Assembly: GCA_951406725.2 (NCBI GenBank)
Contig: OX597822.1
Location: 111,042,001-111,106,000, forward strand
Source: Octopus vulgaris
Lineage: Eukaryota
Direction of reading: 5' to 3'
Length of the DNA stretch: 64,000 bases
Under the pieces are notes generated by a model. That model was given only the letters and a program-made list of their open reading frames with translations. It did no database searches and had not been told where the DNA came from. Within the stretch, counting starts at the first letter, position 1. The number at the start of each line of letters is the position of its first letter. Below are positions 13,826 through 26,170 of this stretch, one piece after another. A program made the translations under genes and the position numbers.

Positions 13826-14224
13826 TGACTGGTGAAACAATTTTTTTAGGTTGCATTGTGCTGTACCTTTATGATGTAGGATAAATATAGTAATGATAAC
13901 AAGAATCCCTGGACAGAATTTATAGATATTCTAATCTATCAATGCGCGCGTTTCTACAAATGATGTCTTTTAAGATCACAGTCCGTATTGCTGGGATGAT
14001 CACAGGGTAGTCTCTAGTATCCGTGGGCATCGGGTAGATCATCTTCATTGATTCATTTCTTCTGGCGATATATATATTCAAATCAGCATTGGGGGCGATC
14101 TGCCCGACTAAATTTCTTGAAGGTGGTGCCATAGTATAGCTGCAGTTTGGTAAGTGAAACGCTAATTGGGGTAAAAGATAAAAGATGTATATATATATGT
14201 ATATATATATATATACATATATAG

Positions 14225-14420
14225 TTAATCCAAGCATAAAAACACAAAGAGGAAACACAACAGCACGAGGATGTTGAACATGTATAGTGTTATTGAACGC
14301 TCAGGAAAAGAAAGAAAGAAGGAAGATTTAACGTTTCGAGCGGAGCTCTTCGTTAGAAACATAGGAAAAGGAAAGAACCAAGGAAGGGAAAACGGGAGGG
14401 GGGAAACGCCAACGGTACAC
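14225..14420 (-). mobile_element. Penelope-like terminal remnant with a minimal hammerhead-like motif
   Basis: Minus strand gttt-CTAACGA-A-GAGC-tcc-GCTC-GAAAC-GTT-aaat (14326-14360), followed by ...ttcctgagcgtt as in the 13370 element; flanked by microsatellites. Confidence 0.55.
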
Positions 14421-14438
14421 ACGCAGACATGACACACA

Positions 14439-14529
<91 letters not shown>

Positions 14530-14591
14530 AACAAGCAAACAAAGCATTCATAGGCACAAACTGGCACGCACTTAGACATACACACATATAA

Positions 14592-14656
<65 letters not shown>

Positions 14657-17600
14657 CGTGCGTGTTTTCTATGAAACGCAGGAGACTTTAATGATATTTT
14701 GAAACATTGTCCTTTCACGCCTCTCCACAACAGTTTTAAACATTCCATTGGTATTAAAACCTAAGAATACAATCTCATGTTTGTTGCATGCACTTTATAT
14801 ATCCCCGTCGGGATTATCACGTGTAAGCAAGGAGGTTAACGGAATAGAGATTGTTAGAAGCTGACATATACTGATGAGCAGAAAGGATTCTTCCCCATGG
14901 AAAATTCTTCTTCACTGACCTCCTCTATTTTTAGAGAAGTGGAGAAGGTCCGTGGCGGGAAACACGTACTCATACACACGTACGCATACACATATACGCA
15001 TACATATTTGTCCGTGAGTGTTTGTGTGTTTATATAAATTATGAATGACCAATTTTGTGTGACGTAAATAATTTTTCCTATCTGGGCAGCGTCATTTCTT
15101 TTAATAAAATCATAGTAAGTGACTCGAACCTTAGAATCAGCCACGCTGGAGCCGGGTCTCATCTCATGGGCTAACTGTAGTTGCCACGATGCGAATTAGA
15201 TCAATTTGATTTTATTTCCCTAGTAATCCAATGCTTATAAATCATTGATCATGTAAAAATAAACCCTTACCATTCTTTTGTGGGGGGAAAGTGTTATATC
15301 GTGAAATGAGAAAGAAATCTTAAAAGTAACTCATAATAAAAGCAAAAGTTCCCAGTGAATCATCCCTTTCAACCTCAAACATCTATATCCATCTTGCCAG
15401 TAATAGAACCAATTTCATAGGAAACGTTCAATGATGCACCATAAAATGTTCCATGAACGTGAGTAAAATAATTAAAGTGTATAGCCCAATGATTAAAGAA
15501 ATGTGAATTAGAGCATAGTTAAGGTAATTTAATACTGATTGAATTCAATGTTTGACGAACACTGGTCCATTATAAGTCGTGAATGTGTGACACAAGAAAA
15601 AGTATTTCCCAGCGCGTAGGCTTTTTCTTCTTGTGATACTAAACGACAGTAAGACTTCTTCCATCTGATAAGATTTTACTATTGTGAATAATACCCTATG
15701 ATAGTGTACATCATTTCTCAGTCGTTGTCTCTCTCCTCGAGGTGTGAAAGCGAAGCCAAGTTATATCAGTCTAAGATGAAAGGAAACCACAATTTTCTCT
15801 CACATACTGTCTTTAACGGATAGATTAAAGATAAAAGTTCATTATCAATGTCTCTGATCTTTTAATGATTTTTCTTGTAAAACTTTGGTTTCTCCGCGTC
15901 CAATTCTGCTGTGGGATATTTAAGACGTCTTTCCAGGTGGGATCTCTAATAGTTAATACATTATTATCTTTGTTCATCATTAGAGTGAGAAATTTATTTA
16001 TCGACTACAGATAACCTAAAGAATATTTGCTCCTGCTATACAAAATTTATCTGAGAGAATTTCTTTAGGTTTCTAAGTACCAAATTTATTTCTTAATCTA
16101 TTCTCTTTCATACTAAGTAACGTTTATAAAAAAAAAAAACGCTACAAGTTTTTACAAATAACAAAAGTAAAGTAGATAAAAGGAAAATATTATCTGAGAC
16201 AGAGCTATGGTTTCAATACTTGATGGAAGCTGTTTCGTTTACTTAACGCAGTTCAGAAGGTGGCAATAACAAGTGCCACGTCAATAAAAGCAAACTATTT
16301 ATGGATTTACGGTGTAGAAGTTAGCAGAAACGAAAGGTCACATTGCTAATTACCATTTCTTCTTTTTATTTCTTGATTTCAAATTAAGTTAAGTTCCTGT
16401 TTCTGTTTTAATTGAAAAAATGTCATGATTAGCGAATAGTAATCAATAATTAGTCGTGTGAGAATGATGAAAGAGACAGAATAATTGTCGTAGGTTTGAT
16501 TATGTATGAGAGTTCAGTTTCAATGAATGCAAAAATCACGCATTTAGTCTTTCAGAAGGAAGTAAATGCCTTCAATAAACAGCACTCGAGTCTATTGATC
16601 ACAGCTGCAAAAAGGAGTCAGATATCATTACGAATAATCAGCCCGCTTGTAAAATTTCAGTGATTCGTCGAAGAAGCTAGCTATTTTATTGTCATTTACT
16701 CGAATGCTTGGCTAATTCATTATAGAAAAGAAAGGTGCATAACATATATATAGAGAGGATACGATCACTGGAGCTCCTACGCGTGATTTACAATATGGGT
16801 TGCTTACAAGGAATGGATGAAACAGTGATTTAGTACAGCATTAGCAAAGGTTGCTGAGGGTAATATCTGCTACTCATGCGGACAGGAAGTTTTAACATGT
16901 ATCACTCAATTTGTTTTACTGAGATACTTTCAGCATTGAAAAAGTTAACTTCGGGTGGTTGGAAGAAAGTTACCGTCTGTTTTCAGATGGGGAGATCGAG
17001 AATGAGAACAATCTTTTTCTACCCATTTAATATCGAACTCTCCTAAATGTGTTCAACGCATTTCTTTCTATAAGTAAGTTTCTTCAATTGAGATTGATTA
17101 TAGATATTTCCTGAGCATTCCAGAATTTAGTTACTTTGTCATTTTCATTCCTAGTATATAATTGTTGTACCTCTTTTCACTTGGTATTCGATAAAACTAA
17201 CATATGCATCTGTCTCCAGTATTTCCTCTACGCAACACCGCCAACTCAATTATATCACTTCTTCTCATATTGACTTTACTCAGAACTAATGTAGTATATT
17301 TGTAATTTAAAGACCTCGTGATTCTGCAGCTGTTCTTTATAGTTCGTTTCTGTGAATTTATTTTGTAGTTTCAAACCGATTGCTTTGATCTTTTACTGTG
17401 ATCAAAAGCGATTCGGTTTCTGCATGGACTGGACTCTCAAAAATTAAGGCCGACTATTGTTGATTTATCTCGATTCGCAACAGATCTTTCATTAATTACA
17501 TTATTTTACTAGTTTGTGTTTAAACATGCACTGGCTGTGTTTAGCTAAAACCAGACATTCGATTTGTGCCCGTAGTACTGTGATCTTAAATAAAAGTTGG

Positions 17601-18213
17601 CTTTCATATTCAGGTCACATTTCATCTATCCTGTCTCAGAAACTGGCCATAACTGGTCAATAACTTGTCTGGCATGACTAGTTTTTTTTCTTTTATTCCT
17701 TTAGTAGTTCTCAGAGATTTATAAAATGTTATTCTACATTTTATTTGTATCATTTAATTTTTGTAGGGAATTTTACTCTTATCTAAACAAATACCCCATT
17801 TAATGAATATCCTCCCTGTAGGCAACGTATTAATACCCTATACTCGTGCATATATAGTAGGTTGTCCTAATATTAATCATTTTATACCGAATGACTTAAT
17901 TTCTCTAGACTCTATTTATATCAGCTCCCTCTCTCTGTACCTCTGCTCACATGTCTTACTTGCTTATAGTAATGCAGTAAGTAGGTTTCTAGCCTACCAA
18001 TATTAATGTTCTGAATTTACGCACAGAACTTAAGGTGTATTTGTATCTTATAACCCTGTTGATTAGAATTAAATCTAACTTAGGATCTTTAAGAAATTAA
18101 TTTGTCTATACCTAGAACAGCTGCAGCACTGCGCTCCAAGTTCGCTTTTATCATTAATGTACACTTTATAATACGTTCCCACTGTTTCTCTTCTCCAAAA
18201 CCTTGTATAGAAG

Positions 18214-18261
<48 letters not shown>

Positions 18262-18361
18262 TAACAATATAGAATGACGTCCCTTTCTCTACAGAAAAGG
18301 ATTCCCTCAAAAAGCGTGGCAGTATATTAAAAAAACCTTTACGGTTGAAGTATAAACATCT

Positions 18362-18615
18362 TATAATTAAGGGCTAAAGAAGGTTATTCTAAAGCCAATA
18401 CACTGATTTATCCACTTATAATCCACTTGTTACAGGAAAATTGAACTGAAAGCGGGCAACTAACCTTTAGAAAATTTAAATTTCGTTATCTCTATATTTA
18501 AATTTTCTATAGGTTAGTTGCCCGATTTTAGTTCAATTTTCCGGTAACAAGTGGATTATAAGTGGATAAATCAGTGTATTGGCTTTAGAATAACCTTTTT
18601 TAGCCCTTAATTATA
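18362..18615. repeat. Long foldback inverted repeat: 120-bp arms, 14-nt loop, inside (TA)n
   Basis: Arms 18362-18481 and 18496-18615 with about 5 mismatches; (TA)n tracts at ~18217-18260 and ~18618-18641. Confidence 0.92.
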
Positions 18616-19781
18616 TGATATATATATATATATATATATATCTTTCACATGTTTTTGCAAGGAGTGATTTCTTTTCAGATCGAACGCAGTTTCCTTCACT
18701 AAAGCCATAAATAACAAGAAAATTAAGGTCATCTAATGTCGATACTTGGTTGTAAAGTATTTGTTGGAGCTCCTGGTTGTATTATTCTTCAGATTTGCTT
18801 GTGCATTCTTTGCTTGGGAATGGTTTGTGTTGACATGTTCTGTCATAACGTATGTTTGTCCGGATGTATATTCCTTTTGCATACCTCTGTTTATCCTGCG
18901 ATAGTATTTGTAATTAATAGTTATTAATTGGATGAACCTCTATTTAATTCTCGATACTATCCATATACTATTATTCTATTTTTTCTTATTTTGCTATTTT
19001 TGAACCTTGGCTATAAAGTACTACATTCGTGTAGAATCAGTTCCCTCATTTTTAATTGTCTTGTGGCTTTTATAAAAGCTATTCTGTTCTCTGCATGACA
19101 TAATTTTAACACTATCCACCGCCAGCACCGTGTGTTGTTTTCAAATATTTTCAAAACGGCAAAAGTTGTGAAACTGAGGGTTCGCGACTTTCAGTTTTAA
19201 TACATTTGGCCCCTTTGTTGAAATTTTATATGCTTATGCATCCGTTCTTTGAATTTTTAGTGTCTGTCATCACATTCGGAACCTCTCAAATATTGCATGT
19301 TGGTATGGATATTACTTTAGGTGTGATTTCTTTTTACTCGTGGGATGTGTGATACTAGTTGTATTTAACATATTTAACAATACTAGTTGTATTTAACAAT
19401 GCATATTTCAAGTGACATGCAACATTCTTTGGCTAATTTAAGGACACAAATAGAGAGAATAGCGAATCCACAATTAAGGTTTGGTATTTTCCGAAGGTTC
19501 GCAGGTATCCTAGAAATGCTGACATAGCAAGTAATGAAATCACAGCGACGAATTAAGTACAAAAACTAAAGAGCTTCCATTGGCTTACCACCATCTGAAA
19601 TTTCAAGTGTGTACTGTATTCCAGTCAAAAGTTAGGGTGAGAGGGTTAATACAAGAGTCATTGTGAGGATCAACGCACAACAGCCTGTGGGTAATAAGGT
19701 TAAGTTATGCAACCACATAAGTTTCGTGTATGCTATGTCATGCTGTTTTGCCTTTGAAGGCTTGGTTTTGAAATGTTATTA

Positions 19782-20170
19782 TCTGTATATATAAAACTGA
19801 GAATGTCTATCTGTCTGTCACTGTGTGTGTATGTGTGTATCACTAAAACTCGAGAACTATCCAACTGATTTCATTCAAATTTTAATCCTGCCTTACTTAA
19901 TGTCCATGGAGTGTCATGGGCCGAACAAAGTTTCAACTTCTTGCCTAATGGGAGCTTAGAGCAATCTCTTAGACTGTTTCGTTATTACCGTCAAAAGTGA
20001 AACAATAACATATCTATTGTAATGTGATACAATAGTTTCACTATTATACGGTTTCACATTCAATAGTTTCATTTCTATTAGTTTCATCAGCATTCGATTC
20101 ATTATGTATGGTTTGTATATACATTAATAGTTTCACTTTTAATAGTTTCATTTCTACTAGTTTCACTATG
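19782..20170 (+). mobile_element. Non-autonomous Helitron 5' part
   Basis: Starts A|TCTGTATATATAAAACTGAGAATGTCTATCTGTCTGTC, similar to the 5' end of the 50046-50435 element; internal aatagtttca repeats at 20031-20170; no CTAG 3' end seen. Confidence 0.5.
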
Positions 20171-20217
<47 letters not shown>

Positions 20218-20220
<3 letters not shown>

Positions 20221-20590
20221 CGCGGCATGGGTGTGTGCTAAGAAGCTTGCTTCCCAATCACATGGTTCTGGGTTCATTCCTACTGCGTGGCGCCTTGGTC
20301 AAGTGTTTACTACTATAGCCTTGGTCAAACCAAACCCATGTGAGTGGATTTCGTACACGGAAACTGAAAGAAGGCTCTCATATATATGTACATATTTGTG
20401 TGCATGTCTGTGTTTGTACCCCTACCATTGATTGACAACCAATTTTGCCGTGCTTACGTTCCCATAACTTAGACACCGATAGAGAAATTACTAGGCTTAC
20501 AAAGAATAAATCCTGGGGTCGATTTGTTCGACGAAAGGCGGTGCTCGAACATGGCGGCAGTCACTTGCCTGAAAGAAATAAAACAATAAA
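20218..20590 (+). mobile_element. SINE family B, diverged copy
   Basis: Degenerate head AGGCGCGGCATGGGTGTGTGCTAAGAAG and tail AAGGCGGTGCTCGAACATGGC; inserted after (TA)n. Confidence 0.8.
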
Positions 20591-20638
20591 AAAACTATGC
20601 CACTTTAATCCCCAGCAACGCCAGTTATCTCTGCTATT

Positions 20639-20714
20639 TGGTACTAATTATTTCTACTGGTACTAATTATTTCTATTGGTACTAATTATTCCTATTGGTA
20701 CTAATTATTTCTAT
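20639..20714. repeat. 19-bp tandem repeat x4 (tggtactaattatttctat)
   Basis: Directly visible. Confidence 0.9.
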
Positions 20715-20949
20715 GTTATCACAGTGGAAGAAACACTAGAATGATATCCTAAATGTTTTACTTCAAATAACTTCGGGCTCTCAGTTTCCCTTTCGGCTTA
20801 AATTATGAGTTAAGTTCAATGATCGATATAATACTCCCTTTATCTTAAAGTTGAACCCTTCTGTTTTTTATATTTTGCAATAATTGTGGAATTCTAGAAC
20901 CGTGCTTGTTTACTACATTTGTTTAGCTTACTTGCAGAGAGCTTTCTTG

Positions 20950-21205
20950 TTTCTGGTGGTGGTTTAGAGTTCTGCCTATTCCATTAAAAATATGTGCATT
21001 GAGAGTTATTTTTAAAATGTTGGAAATGAAATGTGTTGCGTGTGTTATCTGGGGTTTTTTTTTGTATCAGTCGAAAACTGCGTAGAATATTGGAATGTGG
21101 ATTGTATTGGATGGATAAGGAAGTGTTCTCTAACGCTGCGTACTTACTGTATGAAGGATGCTCCTGAATTTGAAGTGTCTTTTTTTTTTGATTAATGATC
21201 AAGTA
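20950..21205 (-). mobile_element. Very degenerate Penelope-like ORF fragment
   Basis: LSIQYNPHSNILRSFRLIQ..PDNT loosely resembles the PLE post-RT motif P(L/F)V.TY(H/N)P...I..NF..LQ.DP.T. Confidence 0.3.
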
Positions 21206-21887
21206 GAGGGAATTCTAAGTTAAAATTCTCATTTAAAGAAAATGCAAACGTTGAATGTCATTTCGCTGTGACCTTTATACATTTATAATCGTTTACTTGT
21301 AGATTTATATCTCCATATTCAATTCACCGGTTGTAGAAAGCAACATCAATACAGCCAACTCATGAGAATGAAGTCTTTAACCTATATTATCCATTATTAT
21401 CTTTCCATTATAAATTGTAATTATCTTTACATTGTATTTACTGTGAGGAACGGTTAGGAACGTGGATGCAATCTAGTTTTATAGCTCTAGGCTGGTTGAA
21501 TAGTATATGGACGATTTGTTATTCATATTCCCGCATAATCAATAAGAGTTAATTCATTGCGTCATTAATGATCAAGCAATATGAAGCGTAGTCTCTGGCC
21601 TGCAACTCGTCATTCACCGTGGCTTTCATTTCACTAGTTTTGATATATTGGTTTGATTTCAACGTTTCTTTACAGGCACAAATTCCACAGCCAATATTTA
21701 ATTTCGTGCTTATCTCCAAATTTTAAGATTTATGTTATTTGTTAATCACATCCGTTATCTTTTCCGTTGCATAATCTAATGGTCACTGTGATTGAGCAGG
21801 TGTGCTGTCAAATTTGTGCCATCCATGGCTATCCCCACCTATTTCTTCATGTGTAATGCATTCAGAACATCAGTATCAAATGTATCA

Positions 21888-22664
21888 GGCGGCCAGCTGG
21901 CAGAAACGTTAGCACGCCGGGCGAGATGCTTAGCGGTATTTCGTCTGCCGTTACGTTCTGTGTTCAAATTCCGCCGAGGCCGACATTGCCTTTCATCCTT
22001 TCGGGTTCGATTAAATACCAGTTACGCACTGGGGTCGATAGCATTAATCCGTTTGTCTGTTCTTGGTTGTCCTCTCTGTGTTTATCCCCTTGTGGGTAGT
22101 AAAGAAATAGGTATTTCATCTGCTGCTACATTCTGAGTTCAAATTCCGCTGAGGTCGACTTTGCCTTTCATCCTTTCGGGGGTCGATTAAATAAGTACCA
22201 GTTACGCACTGGGGTCGATATAATCGCATTAATCCTTTTGTCTGTCCTTGTTTGTCCTCTCTGTGTTTAGCCCCTTGTGGGTAGTAAAGAAATAGGTATT
22301 TCGTCTGCTGCTACGTTCTGAGTTCAAATTCCGCTGAGGTCGACTTTGCCTTTCATCCTTTCGGGGGTCGATTAAATAAGTACCAGTTACGCACTGGGGT
22401 CGATATAATCGCATTAATCCTTTTGTCTGTCCTTGTTTGTCCCCTCTGTGTTTGGCCCCTTGTGGGTAGTAAAGAAATAGGTATTTCGTCTGCTGCTACG
22501 TTCTGAGTTCAAATTCCGCTGAGGTCGACTTTGCCTTTCATCCTTTCGGGGTCGATTAAATAAGTACCAGTTACGCACTGGGGTCGATATAATCGCATTA
22601 ATCCTTTTGTCTGTCCTTGTTTGTCCCCTCTGTGTTTGGCCCCTTGTGGGTAGTAAAGAAATAT
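21888..22664 (+). mobile_element. SINE family C tetramer (one headed unit plus three head-less ~185-bp units)
   Basis: A box TGGCAGAAACG, B box GTTCAAATTCC, central GCCTTTCATCCTTTCGGGGTCGA..AAATAAGTACCAG. Units: 21888-22110, 22111-22295, 22296-22480 and 22481-22664. A 15-bp TSD gtatcaaatgtatca (21873-21887 / 22665-22679) flanks the whole array. Confidence 0.92.
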
Positions 22665-22929
22665 GTATCAAATGTATCAATCCACTTTTTCTATATAACG
22701 TAGGAAATTTTGACTACTTTTCTAATAGGGTTGGGTGATCTAGCAGAAGCTTCTTTATTCTTTCTCCAGTACCATTTGAATATCATTAACTGTATCATTA
22801 ATTGTACTTTCTCTGAATGACGCTTGGATTCATGAGATTACAGCGCATTTGTTAATAATGTTTATTATGTCTGGAAAAATAACTTTGTTTCTTCTGGCAA
22901 TAACTTACCTATTAGATTATCATGGTCGA

Positions 22930-23137
22930 ATCAGTAAAATGGCAGAAACGCCCAATAAGTTCTGCTTTAGGTTGTCAGTGCAAATGCCGCCGAGTTCGAC
23001 TTTGCCATTTATCATTTTGGAGTCGATAAAATGAGTACCAGTCGAGCGCAGGATTTATGTAATGGACACGCATTTTTACTCGATCACATGAATCAAAAAG
23101 AAATTTCAGGCATTTTGGCTATTTTAGAAAGAATTAT
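22930..23137 (+). mobile_element. Old diverged SINE family C relative with the alternative tail
   Basis: ggcagaaacg...caaatgccgccgagttcgactttgccatttatcattttggagtcgataaaatgagtaccag...aaatttcaggcattttggc. Confidence 0.6.
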
Positions 23138-24022
23138 GCCATCAATGTCGAGGAACAATAAGGTGAAATATTTCTTGTCACAATATTTCCTTCCGAAACA
23201 GTTACAAGTACTATAATTTTGCGTAACTTTATCTTCCCGTATCTGATATATTAATGAATTTATTACTACGATGAAAATACATAGATATCAGACTTCAAGT
23301 ACCATTGAAACAAAGGTCTAAAGTCTGCATAAAAGTAGGACCTATTCATCATTCGGTTTTTCATTTGTCGCATTTACAACATGACTCGAATAAACATTTA
23401 TTCATTTTCTGACCTATTATATATTCTATATGTTATGTTCCTCATAGGACTCCATGCAAATTCACTCACATGTTAACAAAATTATCGACTGAGCCATGAA
23501 AGGATTCCCATATAATAGCAAGCTGGCTGAAATTTGGCTAGTCTTATCTCAGCCTAAATCCCAATAATCATGGCAAATATTATCTCTAAAGCAATTGGCT
23601 CCCACAGTGTTGCAGTGAAGAAATCAGTAAAGCTAATCCTCAACAAAGTGTACAGGATCTTCTCAAATAACCTTTATGTAACAATGTTGATGATTTCACG
23701 TAAAAACTCGTTTTCCTAAATTCCATTCATATAACAGTAATTTATATGAAACAGTAAGCTTTGAAAGAAAACGTTTTAGCATAGATGTAAAGAGAAAATA
23801 TTGTTTACATTTAATTGATTTGAGCTTCTGTTGTTTTTACCAATATTTGATGCACATACATTCTCTCTGCGGCATGTATTGCGAAGGAAATTGTAAACAA
23901 ATAATCGAATGTTATATAATGTACAATTGTTCTACATACAAAGTTGCGTATTAATACCAAAGAGTATAAATCCACGCTAAATGTAATGATACAGAATTTT
24001 TGCTGTGTATGTGCAAGTGCGC

Positions 24023-24072
<50 letters not shown>

Positions 24073-25154
24073 ATATATATGTGTGTTTGTGTGTGTATAT
24101 GTATGACGGTGCCCTAGTATGACTGAAACATATAAAAGAATATAGAAGAATATAAAAAAAAACATTTGTAATTTACAATAAACGCTTTCAGAGACTGCTT
24201 ATTAATAGATTAAGTGTGCTAATTTCTGTCTCGTCATAAAACCTGCGCTGGAATTCCAACCAAAACTATTTAAAACACCTTTATTTTCTTTATGCATAAG
24301 TAACTTCCTACGTACGTATGTAAACAAATGAGACAATATTTATCTAAAATCTCTTTATAGTTTTGAAATTACTCTTCCCAATACTACTAATTCCCTTTAC
24401 TGTTCCCAAAATGACTAATTTCTTAGAGTAACTCCAGAATACAGATTTGTATGAACGTCATATTCTCGAATCAATGGATACTAAGTAATAAGCCTGGGGA
24501 AATAAAAACAAGAATAAATGTTTTCACCCTAATATGGAGATATATGCTACGAAATATTGAGGAACGATAAAGATATGGCGCACCAGGGTGCCACTTGGAA
24601 CTAGAACAAACATAAATGATGAAATTGAATATGAATCTGAGAAATAAAATTAAACACAAACCTTTTAATGTATTTGCCTATTCGTGTTTACAATACACAT
24701 TTATTGTGAATCGGCATTCGTTTACTCACGTGGAGCATTACTTTAAAATACTAATTTATTTCTATTCAAATATTATAGAAAGTAATTTGAGATAATGCAG
24801 ATATAATGTTAATAATTAGAATTAAACAACTTGGAATGTGGCTTTTAATGGTTGCTAACGATTAGATATGGTAAACACAAGTTGTGTATATTAGCGTCAA
24901 TATAGCTCTTATTGAGCCCATTCACGTTCGAAGATATCGGGAACATTAGAATTTAACATACTTCATTGTTCATTGATTTGTGTGTCATCATTTGAGCAAG
25001 CTGGCAGTGGCTTTCATCTTCATGTATGCAGTCTTCTTTGCATATGAAACATAAATTGACCTTGATAGCAACACATTCAAGCGATGCTAACAAGTCCTTT
25101 TCCTCACGCTGTTGATGAGTTGTGAGGTCATCAGTATGTTTAAGGTTCTATATA

Positions 25155-25198
<44 letters not shown>

Positions 25199-25799
25199 CA
25201 TCCCCACACCAGTAACATTACGGATCTATATCTACCCTAGTTGCACCAAATCCAGAACTACTTACCTCCTTTACACATAATCTCTTTACTCAGGGACTAG
25301 TAGACCTGACACCGTCCATTAATCGGTGTGCATTCAAAGCAATGATTAGTAAATTTACGGAACCTGTATGCTTTTAAATCTCTTTAACAATTCACAATAA
25401 TGCCTTTTATTACTTTTATTCCTACCTCACTTCATCTAATTGTATATATTTATCGCTACTTTTCATAAAAAGCCTTTACTTTTCCTAAGAATGTAGACCA
25501 CTACGATCACGAAGAGGAAAGAAACTTGATTTTTTTCTTGAGCAATTCCAGTTTTTTTGTTCGGCTCGTCTGTACTTTGCCCAAAAGTTGTTTCTGTACA
25601 TGAACAAGGTGGCTTCGGTAATCTCTCCCTGAATAGCAATGCTCAATAGGACATGAAAAATTTTCCTTTCCGTTAATAATATCAAATGTTAATGAAAATA
25701 GGAATTATTTCCTTACACTGGCTTCCAAATAACTGGCAAGCTGGTACTTGAATTTCACCAAGGCTTGCTTTACTCAAGGAAACGTGTATACAGCATTCC

Positions 25800-26170
25800 T
25801 CGACATCGTGCCGAAACATGAAGTATAAAGAAGGAGCTTCAAGATGTTTTTGAGGGTATATGCACCTGGATTCTCGTGACAGATCAACTTATCAGATGGT
25901 GAGAGCACAAGACCAACCAAGGGGAGTTATGGACACATTCAGTACCTCTCTGGATCTCTACTTTTCTTGCTCAACGTAGACTAGGCTCTATTGGCCACAT
26001 TTACCTAAGTATCAGGCCGTATTAGATGTTATATTCTGCTGACTTTGGTACAACAATAAACTCAGCTACAAAATCAACTCAGGAAATTGAGGAGTTACCA
26101 AATTTCATGGAGGATGACAATTTCTGGTGTGGGATTGGGTGAGGTGTAACACTTGGGGCCGTTTGCTGAC
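25800..26170 (+). mobile_element. Highly degenerate RTE/RTE-X-like LINE 3' end
   Basis: Remnant translations RRLGSIGHIY and EELPNFMEDDNFW resemble RRL.FAGH..R and L...M.DR..W. Confidence 0.4.

Noticed and set aside
16987-17073. Possible exon (ttttcag acceptor, GTAAGT donor)
   Set aside because: It has stops in all three frames; only a non-coding exon is possible and there is no supporting evidence.
18730-19350. Possible old PLE fragment on the minus strand
   Set aside because: Only faint motif hints; no continuous alignable peptide could be read.
22111-22664. Regular ~185-bp repeats considered as a CRISPR-like array or retrozyme
   Set aside because: There are no unique spacers and no CUGANGA/GAAA hammerhead core on either strand; the units are SINE bodies.
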